Part shown: positions 1 to 12,242 of the stretch, piece after piece | Layout: every line of letters begins with the position of its first letter | Position numbering within the stretch: the first letter of the stretch is position 1 | NCBI GenBank assembly: GCA_028534125.1 | Contig: CM052817.1 | Coordinates: forward strand, 103,170,001-103,234,000 | Direction: 5' to 3' | From: Lama glama | Lineage: Eukaryota | DNA: 64,000 nt | Position numbers and translations under genes: made by a program | Notes under the pieces: model-generated | Database searches by the model: none | Seen by the model: only the letters and a program-made list of their open reading frames with translations | What the model was told of the DNA's origin: nothing

Positions 1-25
1 TGCCTAGAAATAATAAACCCACAAG

Positions 26-183
26 CTGAAGATCTAACCTGTTCTCAGAAACAACATTTAGTACATATACGTAAACTTTAAAAACAAAAAAGTGCAGTAT
101 ACAGTATATATGTATTTATGTGCAATATATTGTGTATGTCGAGTCAAACTATAATAAAAAAAAATTTTAATGAAGAAAAAGAA
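26..183 (+). mobile_element. Short retrotransposed insert, probably an old L1 3' end
   Basis: 14-bp direct repeat AATAAACCCACAAG at 12-25 and 184-197. AATAAA plus an A-rich tail at the 3' end. Confidence 0.6.
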
Positions 184-1358
184 AATAAACCCACAAGACT
201 AAAGAAACTGAGCCAGACTAAGGAGCACTGCATGTTTTCTGAAGAGTGATTTAGTGCTATCTCTTGCTGATGTATTTTTTAGCTACATCACTATACAAAA
301 GGAGTGAATGTCTAAGTACTCAACAATTAAGTTTTAGGTTATTTAACATCCACTCCTAATATCACAAAGTAGAAATTGGGTAGAATGTACATTCTACTTA
401 TGAATGGGAAGCCTCACAAGAAAAGGTGGCAAGCTCATGGTAAACTGGACCTGGGAAGGCAGTAAGGAGGGTTTCATTGTTAGCTCTTAATTTTAAAAAT
501 GTACCTGTACCCCCCCCCAAAAAAAGGACAATGGTTTACAAATTATCAAAAAAATGTTTTTAATGGACCTGGACCAACCTCATAGGCACTATGAACCACT
601 CTCACACATGATTCTCAGTATGAATTTAGAGTTTTAAAAGTCTCCCATGTGCATTACTGAAATACATAATATCTATTTTGATATATGGTATTCTTATTCT
701 GTATTGCAAAATATGCCAGTCTTTTAAATTTCCCAGCTATTGACAAACCATAAAATCTCCAAACTTTAAGGACGTTTTACCAAAGACTCTTCAAAATTCA
801 AAGTTTCCAATACCTAAAAAGTATTATCCTGTGTTTACAAAGACCTAACTCTTCCAAGGCCCCTGAGAATTGATCCAAAGCAGGAAATTTCCTGAAGCAA
901 TAGCAATTAAGCTGAAAATATCTATCTGGTTAAAGTTTTCCGTGCCTGAAGCTTCACTGAACCTAATTAAAGAAAACCAACCGTCACTGCCCCTCCCTGA
1001 CACCACCAAGAAACAAGTTCCAAATGCAAAAGTGTGAGTGCAGAAGACACACACAGAGATATAAATGGGCCCCGATCAGGCACCAAAAGGCTGCCTCCAC
1101 TTTTAAGCCATCTTGTACACAAACCTATATAAATTCTATTATTTTTCCATTTTACTAGGGGCCAAGACTGACCCAAGTTCACGACTTCTGTTTTCTCCCT
1201 TTTTCTTATCTAAGTATTCTTCAAGATCACATTTCTCTTCAACTAAACTTTTTCAAAAGTTACAGTCTTTTCCTGCCAGATATATATGCCAATGCCACAC
1301 TGCATAGTTAGGGGATGTTCCTGTTCAGCGGATGTATTTTTACAGGCAAAATCACTTA

Positions 1359-1589
<231 letters not shown>

Positions 1590-3099
1590 TTAGAGATTAA
1601 AAGGATTATAAACGTGGCAATCATTGGTGGAATCACTCGACAGAAAAGACACAGAAAAGGTGAAAACAAGAACAAAAACCAACAACTGAAAGCTGGTCAT
1701 ATTCCAAGCATTTTGTGACTGTTTTCTTAGGAAGAAAAAAAAGAAAGTGCAGTATTCCCCATGTCTATCTTTCTCAAACTTATAATAAAAAAAATTTCAA
1801 TAGTGTTTATATTTCCTTAAAAGTTCTACTTTTATGGGCTGCCAGCTTTTCTTTCTTTGTAACTTGAAAACTTGCATACATATCATTTACAAATTTGGGG
1901 ACATCTCCATCTGATCTTTGTTCATAATAACTAAGGATAAAACAAGGAGAAAAGAAAATAGTTGAACCACAGAAGAGGGTTCTTTCTTTATGGTGGTTCA
2001 ACTCTAGAAACATGTGGTCGATTTTATTTCCAACTTTTGCTTACTATTTTTCCAATTCCCTTCAACTACTTCAAACATTGTTCCTATAAAAAAATTAAAT
2101 TGGGTCTCTTTCAGATTTCACTGTCAAATATCAGTTTACTTTGGGATGGTCATCTTAAATTTTAAAACAAAGGCAAAAGTTTCAGGAATTCATGCTGTCT
2201 TTTGAATGATTCATAGCCCCTCGTAACTTGGAAATGAAACAAAGGAGGAAAGAAATTTATACCAAAGCATTAAGCTGAGCCAAAAGCTTGATATTTTTAT
2301 GTGATGAGTTTTTAATACCAACTAAGAAGGTTCTCAAACTCCCAAGTACCTCTTTTATTTATTTATTTATTTTTAACGCTGTTACTGGATATGAGATTGA
2401 CATTGTTCTTTGGGACAGAAAATCTAAGAGCATCAGTGGGGTTTGATGATTATAATCAGACTTTGTATCTGCATGTCTCTGTTCAGTAAACGGATAGCTT
2501 CTGCATACACTATTTTATTGAGCTTCACAGCATCCTCACTGGATAGGCAAAGATATCCATCCCCACTTTGAAGGGGTGAATCTGAGGGTTGGGGAGTTAA
2601 TGACAAGTTCACACACTTAAGATTCAAACTCAGTCTGTGAAACTATAAACTCCACGTGATTTTCAGTATGTCAGGTTTAATGTATCAAAACCATACTATT
2701 TTTCATGTAGGTTACTCACAATTGTGGAGAAGTGTAATTTAGAATACGGCATTGTCTTCATTATTTGTTTGATTGGTTTATCTTATTCTCACTATGAAAG
2801 ATGTTCATTGTCAAAAATGTAGAGGAAATTAACATTACCCATAATTTTACCATGTAAAGATATCCACTCGCTAACATTTCATATCTCTTTCTCAGTCTTT
2901 TTCCAATGCACTTATGTAATTTTTCAAATGTGCTCATTTATATACCATTTTGTATACTACCTTTTTTGCTTGACAACAGATAACACTTCTTCATGTCACT
3001 GAATATCCTTCTAAATTATTATTTTTATGGCTGAGTAGTATTCAATGTATGGTGTTGAATGTATGATAAATATTCAATGTTCATTTTTAAACATGAATA

Positions 3100-3245
3100 A
3101 AGTAACAGCTAATATTATTAAACACTTTCTGGTGACACATGGAATTTTCACATCTACCCTATGAGATAGGGACTGCACATACCCCCAGTTTAGAGATGTG
3201 TAAACTGAGACACAGAGGAGTCAGGGAATAGCATGAGGCCACGCT
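3100..3245 (-). mobile_element. MIR SINE fragment
   Basis: CCCTATGAGATAGG...TTTAGAGATGTGTAAACTGAGACACAGAG resembles the reverse MIR core. Confidence 0.65.
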
Positions 3246-3299
3246 GTTGGGAGCAGTCTAGCTGAGAGCCACTCTGCAAGCACTAGGAATCTCCAGTTG

Positions 3300-3617
3300 G
3301 TGGGAAGAGAGGGGGAAATGGGAAAATGTTGGTCAGAGGGTATAAACCTTTAGTTTTAGAACGAATTAGTTCTAAGGATCTAATGAATCCCCAGATGACT
3401 TAATAATACTGTATTGTGTACTTGAAATTTGCTAAGAGAACAGATCACAAGTGTTCTCACCACTAAAGAAAAAAAAAGGTATCAATGTGACGTGATGAAT
3501 GTGTTAGTTAGCTTGATTATGGTGACCATTTCACAGCATGTGTGTATATCAAATCATCATGCTGCACATCTATACGATTTTTATTTGTCAATTATACTTC
3601 AATAAAATGGGGGACGG
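3300..3617 (+). mobile_element. L1MA-type LINE-1 3' end
   Basis: Typical L1MA 3'UTR (GTACTTGAAATTTGCTAAGAGA...CAATTATACTTCAATAAAA). Near-perfect TSD GGAATCTCCA(G/A)TTG at 3286-3299 and 3618-3631. Confidence 0.85.
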
Positions 3618-3634
3618 GGAATCTCCAATTGCTG

Positions 3635-4460
3635 GATATAGACTTGTTTACTATAAAAAAAATGCTGTGAATACACTTGTAACTACTCTGTGCAGATCTA
3701 TACTTTTTAAAGGGAAATTTCCCTAGAAATGGAATGAGTTGACCAAACACTAAGCACATTTTTTAATTTTATAAAATGTACTCCGGACTGTCTCCCTGTA
3801 AGATACTACAATATACCTAGCAACAGTGTATTTAGACCCATCATTTCTAATCACTCTCATCAACACTGGATTTGTATTTTTAAGTCTGTCATGTTGATAC
3901 ATGACAAACAGAATTTTTAAAATTTTCTTTCTTTGATTAACTAATAAAACTAAATCAGTTGTTTTATATGCTTAATGACCATTTCTGTTAACTCCTTGGT
4001 GACATATTTATTTATGTCACCATGGAAACTTGCCATTTTGAACCCTTTCAGGTGAATAATAAATATAAGAGTACAGTCCTTTACAGGATAGATGTGCACA
4101 TTAAGATATTTAGGTTGTCAAATCTACTGACCTTTTTTTTGTGGTCTCTTCCTCTGCCTTTACATTTCATCTTTATTCAACAACTATTAAGTGGCCGGCC
4201 ACCATGTGCCAGTTTTCTATATAAGGGATTCAGAAAGCTCTATCCCCCTAGAAAAACAATATATTTACCAAAAAATTTTACTAGGTCCATAATTTTTCTA
4301 TTTAAATTGTAATGCATCTAGATTTTTTATTTTGATCTATGCTGATATCTGTGAGATGGATTTGTCTCAATTCCATTTATTGAATAAGATTTTCTCTCTA
4401 CAATAATCTGAAACACTCCCTTATTACATACTAAATTCTTATGCACACTTAGATTTGTCT
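3635..4460 (-). mobile_element. Old degenerate L1 (L1M-class) fragments
   Basis: Degraded antisense L1 motifs (CAACAGTGTAT..., CATCAACACTGG, CCATTTATTGAATAAG). Confidence 0.55.
4022..4089 (+). repeat. 68-bp perfect inverted repeat, arm 1
   Basis: Exact reverse complement of 5227-5294. Confidence 0.97.
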
Positions 4461-4496
4461 CTAAAGCTTAAATTAATTTAAATCAATTCCAGTTTA

Positions 4497-4637
4497 GAGG
4501 GAGGGTATAAATCAGTGGTAGAGTGCATGCTTAGCATGCATGAGGTCCTGGGGTTCAACCCCCAGTACCTCCATTAAAAAAGAAATAAACCTAATTACCT
4601 CCCCCCACAAAAAACAAAGCAAAACAAACAAAAAGAA
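4497..4637 (+). mobile_element. tRNA-derived SINE (camelid vic-1-like)
   Basis: tRNA-like head with A-box (TCAGTGG) and B-box (GGTTCAAC), AAACCTAATTACCTCCCC body, A-rich tail. TSD TCCAGTTTA at 4488-4496 and 4638-4646. Confidence 0.85.
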
Positions 4638-4685
4638 TCCAGTTTAAGTTTTGGTTTAAATCAACCTTAATATAAATAACATAGG

Positions 4686-4794
4686 CAATGAGTGTGTATA
4701 TGTCCATGAATGACTGAAAAATTGTGCTGAACACTGGAATTTGACACATTGTAAAATGATTATAAATCAATAAAAAATGTTAAAATATATATAT
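4686..4794 (+). mobile_element. Young, heavily 5'-truncated L1 3' tail
   Basis: Near-identical to the tails at 33373-33470 and about 50930-51030. 16-bp TSD ATATAAATAACATAGG at 4670-4685 and 4795-4810. Confidence 0.88.
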
Positions 4795-5226
4795 ATATAA
4801 ATAACATAGGGCATTTAATTAAAAAAATCTATAATGCATATGATTTGTTTGCAATGAATTTATGGTTTATTAAGTTCAATCAATTAAAAATGGCATCAAT
4901 ACTATATGATGTGGGTTTAGAGCACATTCTTCCATAATATTCTGTTCAAAGTTTTTCTTTTTCTGCTCAGTCTCTTTACGGCCCTCTTGCTCGTACATCT
5001 GCCCCATTCTCCTTATTTATTCAGGCCCAGTGATTGATACTGACAAATGTTTCACTGAGTTCAGAAGAGACAGAAGTCTCTGGTGTGGAGAATCATCGAG
5101 GACTTCAGGAAGGAAGAGGGACTTCATAATGTCTCGGGGAGAAAATAAGGTAGATGTGAGCAGGGAAGCAATGAAATACTCCCTGGGCAAAGGGTAGGTT
5201 TGAGTGTGAGCCCAGGGGACAAAGCC

Positions 5227-5294
5227 ATCCTGTAAAGGACTGTACTCTTATATTTATTATTCACCTGAAAGGGTTCAAAATGGCAAGTTTCCAT
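5227..5294 (-). repeat. 68-bp perfect inverted repeat, arm 2
   Basis: Exact reverse complement of 4022-4089. Confidence 0.97.
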
Positions 5295-6400
5295 ATGTGC
5301 ATAGGTTGATTCAAGCATAATGAATAATTTTGAAGGATACATACCAAAATGTGAATGGTAGTCATTTAAGAATGTAGGGTAATGGGTCATTTTACTCCTT
5401 ATTTATATTCGCTTTATCTTTTTGATTGTAATTAAAATATTAATTTTTTAATAAAGTTTTTAAACGAACTATTTTTTGAAACAGATTTAAAGACACATAC
5501 TACACAAAGTCATAGTGGCGATTAGGTTTAGCCTACTGTTAGCTCTTACACACTTACTATTGCTAATATCCATTACCAGATCTTCAAAAGCAAGCAAGCA
5601 AGCAAACTCCACAATTAGATCAATTAACCTTAGTTTCTCTATGACTATTAATAGAGTCTATTAGACTGACTAAAGCTGAAAACTCCTCGGTACTATAATC
5701 ACATACTTAACTAATCCACAGAAAAGGTTCTGGAGCACTCCTGACATGGAACTCAGCAGAGCTGAGAGTCAATTATGACCTATCTTTAAAACCTTCATTT
5801 AAAGTCTGTAAATATAGCTCAAATGTTATGCTCTATAATTAGATGGCTTTGGCTCTTAAAATATATTGAAGCTATACTTAATCCATTTTCCTCACAGCTC
5901 TATCCATTAAAGACAAGTATAAATTCAGAACTTATTTGATTTATTTTAATCACTCTGTTTTCATGCAATCAAGAGCCAAGGCTCATGTACGGAGCCTAGA
6001 TAACAGTGGAGGGGACCAGGCTGAAGAGCTCCTGAGCACAAGAGAAATGACTTAGCAGGAACGCTGGGGAGCAGGAGAGAGCTTGTACTCAGAGAGGTTC
6101 AGAACAGCAAGGAATGTGTCTAGAGGAGTTGGTAAAAATGTAGGTTCCTTTCCATCATTCACTCGCATAGCATACACACCCCAAATGTCCTGATTCAGCA
6201 CTCATGGGAATCTGTGGTTTTTTATCGAGGTATAGTTGATGTAAAATATTATATGTTTCAGGTGTATAAAGTAGTGATTCACAATTTTTAAATGCTATAC
6301 TCCATTTACAGTTATTATAAAATATTGGTTAGATTCCTTGTCCTGTACAATATCTCTCTGTAACTTACTTATTTTGTAAATTCGTACATTTGTGTATGGG

Positions 6401-6446
<46 letters not shown>
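6401..6446. repeat. (TA)n microsatellite
   Basis: Direct reading; one interruption. Confidence 0.95.
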
Positions 6447-6449
<3 letters not shown>

Positions 6450-6688
6450 TTTATACATTTGTATCTCTTAATCTCTTACCCCTATCTTGCCCCTCCCCTT
6501 TTCTCTCTCCCCACTGATAACCACTGGTTTGTTCTCTGTATCTGTGAGTCTGTTTCTTTTTTGTTATATTCACTAGTTTGTTTTATTTTTTAGATTGTCT
6601 GACTTATTTTGGTAGGCATAATACCCTCCAAGTCCATCCATGTTGTTGTAAATGGCAAAATTTCTTTTTTATGGCTGAGTAGTATTCC

Positions 6689-6690
<2 letters not shown>

Positions 6691-6727
<37 letters not shown>
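6691..6727. repeat. (TG)n microsatellite
   Basis: Direct reading. Confidence 0.95.
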
Positions 6728-6729
<2 letters not shown>

Positions 6730-6857
6730 CACACATCTTCTTTATATTCATCTGTTGACGGACACTTAGGTTGCTTCCATATCTTGGCTATTGGTAATAA
6801 GGAATCTGCATTTTTTTAACCCCTGATTCCTGCAACCCTAGAAATTTACAAACCACT

Positions 6858-7230
6858 CTAAGGATACAGAGAATAGACTGGTGGCTGCCAGAGGCAGGAG
6901 GTTGAAGGTGGGTGAAAGGGGTGAAGGGGGATCAAAAGGTACGAACTTCCAGTTACAGAATAAATAAGTCCTAGGCATGTCATGTACAGCATGGAGACTA
7001 TAGTTAGCAATACTGTATTGTACATTTGAAAGTTGCTAAGAGAGTGAATCTTAAAAGCTCTCACCACAAGGGAAAAAAATGTGTAACTATGTGCAGTGAT
7101 GGATATTAACTGGACTTATGGTGATCAATTCACAATATATATATATATAGAACCTCAAACTAAAACAGCATTACATGGCAATTATACCTCAATAAAAAGA
7201 AATACATACATACATACCTGCATACATACA
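6858..7230 (+). mobile_element. L1MA-type 3' end
   Basis: GATACAGAGAATAGACTGGTGGCTGCCAGAGG...GAAAGTTGCTAAGAGAGT...CAATTATACCTCAATAAAA. Confidence 0.85.
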
Positions 7231-8379
7231 CACCTCTATAAGGCTAAGAAGAAGTGAGGAAGGCAGGATGCGACACTCATGAAATGCTTACTATACATCT
7301 TGTACCAGGCTGGGTCCAAAAAGTCTCGGTCTAACTGACAAAGACGGGGAAAGGAGACGGACCAGATGTGGGCAATACCCGCCCATGACTCAAGCAGTTT
7401 ACTGAAGATTTCATATAATGTAAACAAATCTTGCTTCTGTTCCGAAAAGAGACTAGAATTTAATTTGTATGTATTTCCCTTTATTTTACCTTTACCTGGA
7501 AAAAGCACTGGCATTGAGATTTTTTTAATAAAAGCTCTAATTTTTAAGTACCATGAACAGGCATCTTTTTTTAAAGTATTCCTTAAACTAGATGTATGGA
7601 AACATCCAATATAAAGATTATGCAAATATCAAACAGATTCCACTGGGGGAGAGGAAGATGGTGCTGGCTGAAAATAATGCCATTTGCACCAAGGCTGCTA
7701 ATCAAAGATCCTGTCAGCATGAGTTTATTTCACAAGTCTTCTATGATAAGGTGATAGGATTTATTTTTCTCGTTTCTCAAATTTAACAGACGGCACTGGG
7801 GAAAGTTTGGGGGTGTACATCCCCACTGGGCTAGCAGAACATTTCTTCATTTCTGTCTTACGCCTCGTAGCTTATCACGCAGGGCGACCTGCTTTCACCT
7901 CCGGTTACCCCAGCCCTCTGCTCTGCCAGCTCTCCCTTCTCCCAGGAAAGATGGTTTGGGGGCTGCGAAATTGCAAGTCTATGACTCAGAAGCAGGCATG
8001 TGTAAGTCATTCACTTCTCAGGTTCTGCCAAAATCCTCAGCCCCTGGCAGCCCTATTCCCAGACCAGTCCCCGCTTGTAGGTTCAGCCCAGGTTTCTGGA
8101 ATGAATCCTAAACCCTGGCAGGAGAATTTTAAGAATTTTAGGCCAATGATCTGAGACTCCCTCTCTCCTGGGTCCTCTCCCCAGGGTCCCAACCACATGC
8201 TGAGGGCATGTCAGGAACTAGGAGGCAGACTTTCAGACACTGTGACCTCCTTGCCAGGCTGGACTGGACTCATTTGTAACAGGCTGTCAGCCTGCTATGT
8301 GTCAGACTCAAACAGGATTTGTAATTCCTGCAATCGAGGGATTCAAGGCTAGACTGAAAAAGAAAAACAGCTGTATAAA

Positions 8380-9950
8380 CAAATGATTATAAGAGAACAC
8401 ATATAAAGCTCTATGTAACTACAAGCACTATCCTGGAAGTACATGTGAAGAACACAAAGGAAGACTCCACAGGATGCGTCTGGAAGAGCAGCGGAAGGCT
8501 TCACGGAGGAGGTGACGTGGGAGGAGAGGGAAAAGCACTGTAGACAGCTGGAACAGCAGCACATATGAAGACGTAAAAGTATTAGAAAATGGTACGCTTA
8601 GGGAGCAGAAAGGAGTGTGTGGACAGGAGTATATGGAATATCAAAGCCAGGTTAAGGAGTGAGTGAGCTGGCGGCTGCCGGGGGCCACGGGAAACTTGAA
8701 TGGCCCTGGAACTACAATAAATAGAGACACTGTTATTTCCAAGTTCTCACTTAGGAAAGATCCTAGGAGAAGTTGATCAGCCAGAGCAGAACTGCCTGGA
8801 AAGACGCAAGATGCACTGAGAGCTGCCCCCGGCAGTCCCCACCATTCGGCCCTGGTGGGCTCGCCAGCCTCCACGGAACTGAAAACAGTACTCAACAGGA
8901 TTGGTTTGAAGGCACCACGTGTTTAGCGGGTGTGTCAATATGTCCATCTCACTCAGTGGTACTTACCACAGTACTCAGGAATTATGCTGATGCGGTAATA
9001 ACAATTCTAAGTCCCAACCTCAAGCATTTTACATGAACTAATGCATTCAGTCCTCATAACCACGCTGTGAGGTGGATACTATTGTCAGTCATCTCCCTAT
9101 TTCGGGTGAAGCAGCAGAAGCACAGAGTGGTCAAACAACTTTCCAAAACTCACACAGCAAGGGTGGAACTGGGCTTTTAACCAAGGTGGATGGTTGAAGT
9201 CTTCACACTAAGGCATCATACGATTCTGACATTTTGAGTTTTTACTTTATCCTCTGGGCAGTGGAGAGCTGGCAAGTTTAGGATTTTTTTAAGCCATAGA
9301 GCAATAATTGGTGTAAGAAGATCACTCTGGAGAAATTTCAGAAGATAGAACAGAGTTGGGAGAGTCTGAACCCAAACCAAGAATGGGGGCCACCTTCCTC
9401 GTCAGAGCAGGGGGTGACACAGCCTTGTGTTTGCAGAGGAGGGGAAGACTGAAGGGTGTCAGAAGGCCAAATGGCCGAGATCTGGAAGCATGGCTAGTGA
9501 GTGGTGACAGAGATGGAAAAATCAAGGCTCTGATGTTCGAATAAATGAGTGAATAGTGTTTTCTTAGGGAAAGACTTGTTCCTGGTCATGTTGAGCTTGA
9601 GGCCCTGGGTGTGACCAGATAAAGGGACTCGGTGAGCAAGTAAAAGAGAGAAACAGAGCTACACGGAGACCGGGAGTTGGGGATAAGGTCTGGGAGACTC
9701 TGTATAAGTGACATCATTGAAGGTCCAAGGGGATGGAAAGCAAGGGAGAGAGTTGGGGCAGCAGAGGGGCCCTGAAGGCCAGCGTTTAAGCCAAGGCAGA
9801 AAAAGCAGGGAAAGAAAAAGAAACAGAGTAGTGATTTGAAAGGCAGCAGAAGAGGTAGGGGGAGTTGTGCAAAGCAAAGGAGGAAGAAGTTCTGGAAAAG
9901 AAGAAAAACCGCTGTGTGAAGTGCTACTGGCAGAGCTGATCAGATGTGCT
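8380..9950 (-). mobile_element. Fragmented L2 LINE, interrupted by a MIR (about 9000-9200)
   Basis: L2-like motifs (GGAAGGCTTCACGGAGGAGGTGAC, TTTATCCTCTGGGCAGTGGAGAGC, CATGTTGAGCTTGAGG). Confidence 0.6.
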
Positions 9951-10209
9951 GACAAAGGGCCTCTGAACAGGCTGGAAAGACTTTCTAAACCCCCCACAAC
10001 TGGCTTCCTCCCTCCTGTCCCCATCCCTACCCCCTACTCCCTACACGCCTGGCCAGTCCTAGGGGCAGGACTAACCTCCAGGCCCCAGGGGTTCCAGCCT
10101 TGGCTTTCACAGCTCCACTGAACCCTCCACAAGCTTTCACAGGACTCCTGTGTCCTCCACTAGGAGACAGATACAGACATATTTCATGAAAACCATACAT
10201 GTCCTCTAC

Positions 10210-10377
10210 CTTTGTGTTTTGATCCACAATTTTCTTCAGGTTTTTCAGCAGATGATTATTTGGACCACCTTCTTTCTCATTAACATAAGCTATCCTGTCC
10301 AGGTCAGGAAAGTTCCGGTTCAGATCTATCCCCTGGGCATTGCTTCGACCCACGAACCAGTCCTTGAGCTCCCCGGG
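10210..10377 (-). CDS. CPE: Carboxypeptidase E coding exon 3 (168 bp; P169-K224), with the DLNRNFP substrate-binding motif
   Basis: Translates as [56 protein letters not shown]. Acceptor TTTTTCAG| and donor AAG|GTAGAG. Phase 0/0. Confidence 0.98.
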
Positions 10378-11645
10378 CTGAAAAACACCAGAGGAAAGTC
10401 ATCAGTTCATTATCATTGCTACCATTACTGAAGGTCTTCATTAATGATTCTTATAATAATTACTTCAGATTATTCATTTCAACAATCTCTTCCTACAAGG
10501 GCATTTTCGCTTTCTTACTGATACACACATGAAGGTATCAGGCTTAAAGTATTTGTCATGGATATTTTGATAATATTTTCAATGAATAATACTTTAAATA
10601 TTAATGATTCTAATAATTCAAAGATATTTAACATCAAACTACAGAAACAGTCCATATGAGTTAATTAATAACAAATGGTGCGTCTCATAGCACACCACTG
10701 TGTACTTGGTTTAAGTAAAATACTCACTGCCTCTGAAATCCACAGCAATCTACTTTTAAATATTCAAAAGAATCGTTACTAAAGGTCAGATGCTTAAAAT
10801 GAGTTTCACATAAATTATTTACATATTAATAATATACCTCTCTCAGAGTCTCTATGAAAAAAAAATATGAGCTCTAGAACTTTTGTTTCAACTTTGTAAG
10901 TTGAAAAATTTCTGTTCAATTTTAAACCCTTCATTTCATGAATGACAGAATCTGAAAATTTAATAAATTTCCTACATTCAGGTAAATTCCATAATGAAGA
11001 TTTCCTTGTTTTGCTATTAAATTATACTAAATCTATAGTATAAATTCCCATATTCCTAAAGTCATGTAAGCTCAGATTGTGCAGAAAAAAATCTTAAATT
11101 GTGCAGAATAAAAACCTATAAGACAGAAAATAGCAATGATAATTTTGTGTTCATCCGGTCTTATAGATCTGAATATCACCTTAAAACAGTAAATAATTTC
11201 ATTTTCTAAGTTACTGTAATTTATCGCTCACAACTTTAGAAATTATATGAATGTTGTATTTACAGAAATTCACTATCTCGGTTTCTTACAAGGCCAAACT
11301 ATCAGGTTACTGTATCTTATATTTTTAAAGTGCAAATCAACTTCTTAACTGTAGATTAACTTACTAAATACAGACTTTAATTTGTTCCCATAAGAAAATT
11401 ATTTCAAATTGTAGCAAGAAATAAAATGTCCTCCACCCCTGTCCAAACAAAAAAGGAAGCACATATCATACATCTTCTCTGAAAACATCATTACTTTCCA
11501 GATTCTCTAACAGTAAAAATGTATCAAATTGGTTTTTGTTTAGAAGTAGGAGGGTTTTGTTGTTTTTTTTTTACTTTATTCATCATATAAAAGCAAGGAT
11601 TAAACAGTGAAACATTATGTAGCCAAAAATCTTTATTCCTTGGCT

Positions 11646-11659
11646 CCAGTAGAGGGCGC
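11646..11659 (+). promoter_or_regulatory. CTCF core motif in CPE intron 2
   Basis: CCAGTAGAGGGCGC fits the CCASYAGRKGGCRS consensus at all positions. Confidence 0.6.
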
Positions 11660-12045
11660 TATGACATTGCCTAATTCAGAGTCAACAAAGGCCTCACTCT
11701 TCACTACACGGCTGTAGGTTATTTTTTCAGACTTCCAGATTTTTAGAAAGGAATTTATCTAGTCGCAAAGGTGAATGAATAAATGTGATTTATTTAACAA
11801 TGAAAACAAAGTATTAATTAAATATTGACTTAACAACAAAATTTCTCATTCGCAATCTCTGCTGAAGAAACCCGCCCAGCACCCCTTACCTTCGGAATTT
11901 TTTCCTTATCAGCAAATTGAATACCTCACCACTTACACTCTCTCCTGCACCCTGCCAGCTGCATGTGCGCACATTCCTTATAGATGAGCACACAGATGAG
12001 ACAGACGTAAAATAACGCGAGCGCCCTGCTGTGGGCCGCACCCAC

Positions 12046-12242
12046 CTGGGATGCTGCCTTCTCAAAGCCGTCGGGGTTGAGGGAAGGCATGATGTGGATC
12101 CGCGTGTTGTGGATCAGCTGGACCACTGTCTCATTCCCCTTCTGGTATTCGTTGCACAGGTACTGCGCCAGGAAAATCAGCAGCTCCCGTCCGACCGCCT
12201 CATTGCCATGCATGTTCCCGATGTATTTAAATTCAGGCTCAC
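12046..12242 (-). CDS. CPE: Carboxypeptidase E coding exon 2 (197 bp; about G103-Q168 in human numbering), with Zn ligands His114/Glu117 (HGNE) and an NET glycosylation sequon
   Basis: Translates as (G)[65 protein letters not shown]. Acceptor TTTTAG| at 12243-12244 and donor CAG|GTGGGT at 12045-12044. Joins exon 3 in phase 0. Confidence 0.98.

Larger units (their letters stand above)
6216..6800 (-). mobile_element. L1 3' end with embedded (TA)n and (TG)n microsatellites
   Basis: Antisense L1 3'UTR (GAGGTATAGTTGAT...TTGCTTCCATATCTTGGCTATTG). Flanking direct repeat GGAATCTG. Confidence 0.85.

Noticed and set aside
4022..5390. Two ORFs sharing METCHFEPFQVNNKYKSTVLYR as paralogous genes
   Set aside because: The shared peptide is only the translation of the 68-bp inverted repeat; there is no other similarity.
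7486..7510. TTTTTCCAG|GTAAAG ratchet-like motif in intron 3
   Set aside because: The intron is only 8.6 kb, the donor is modest, and a chance occurrence is likely.
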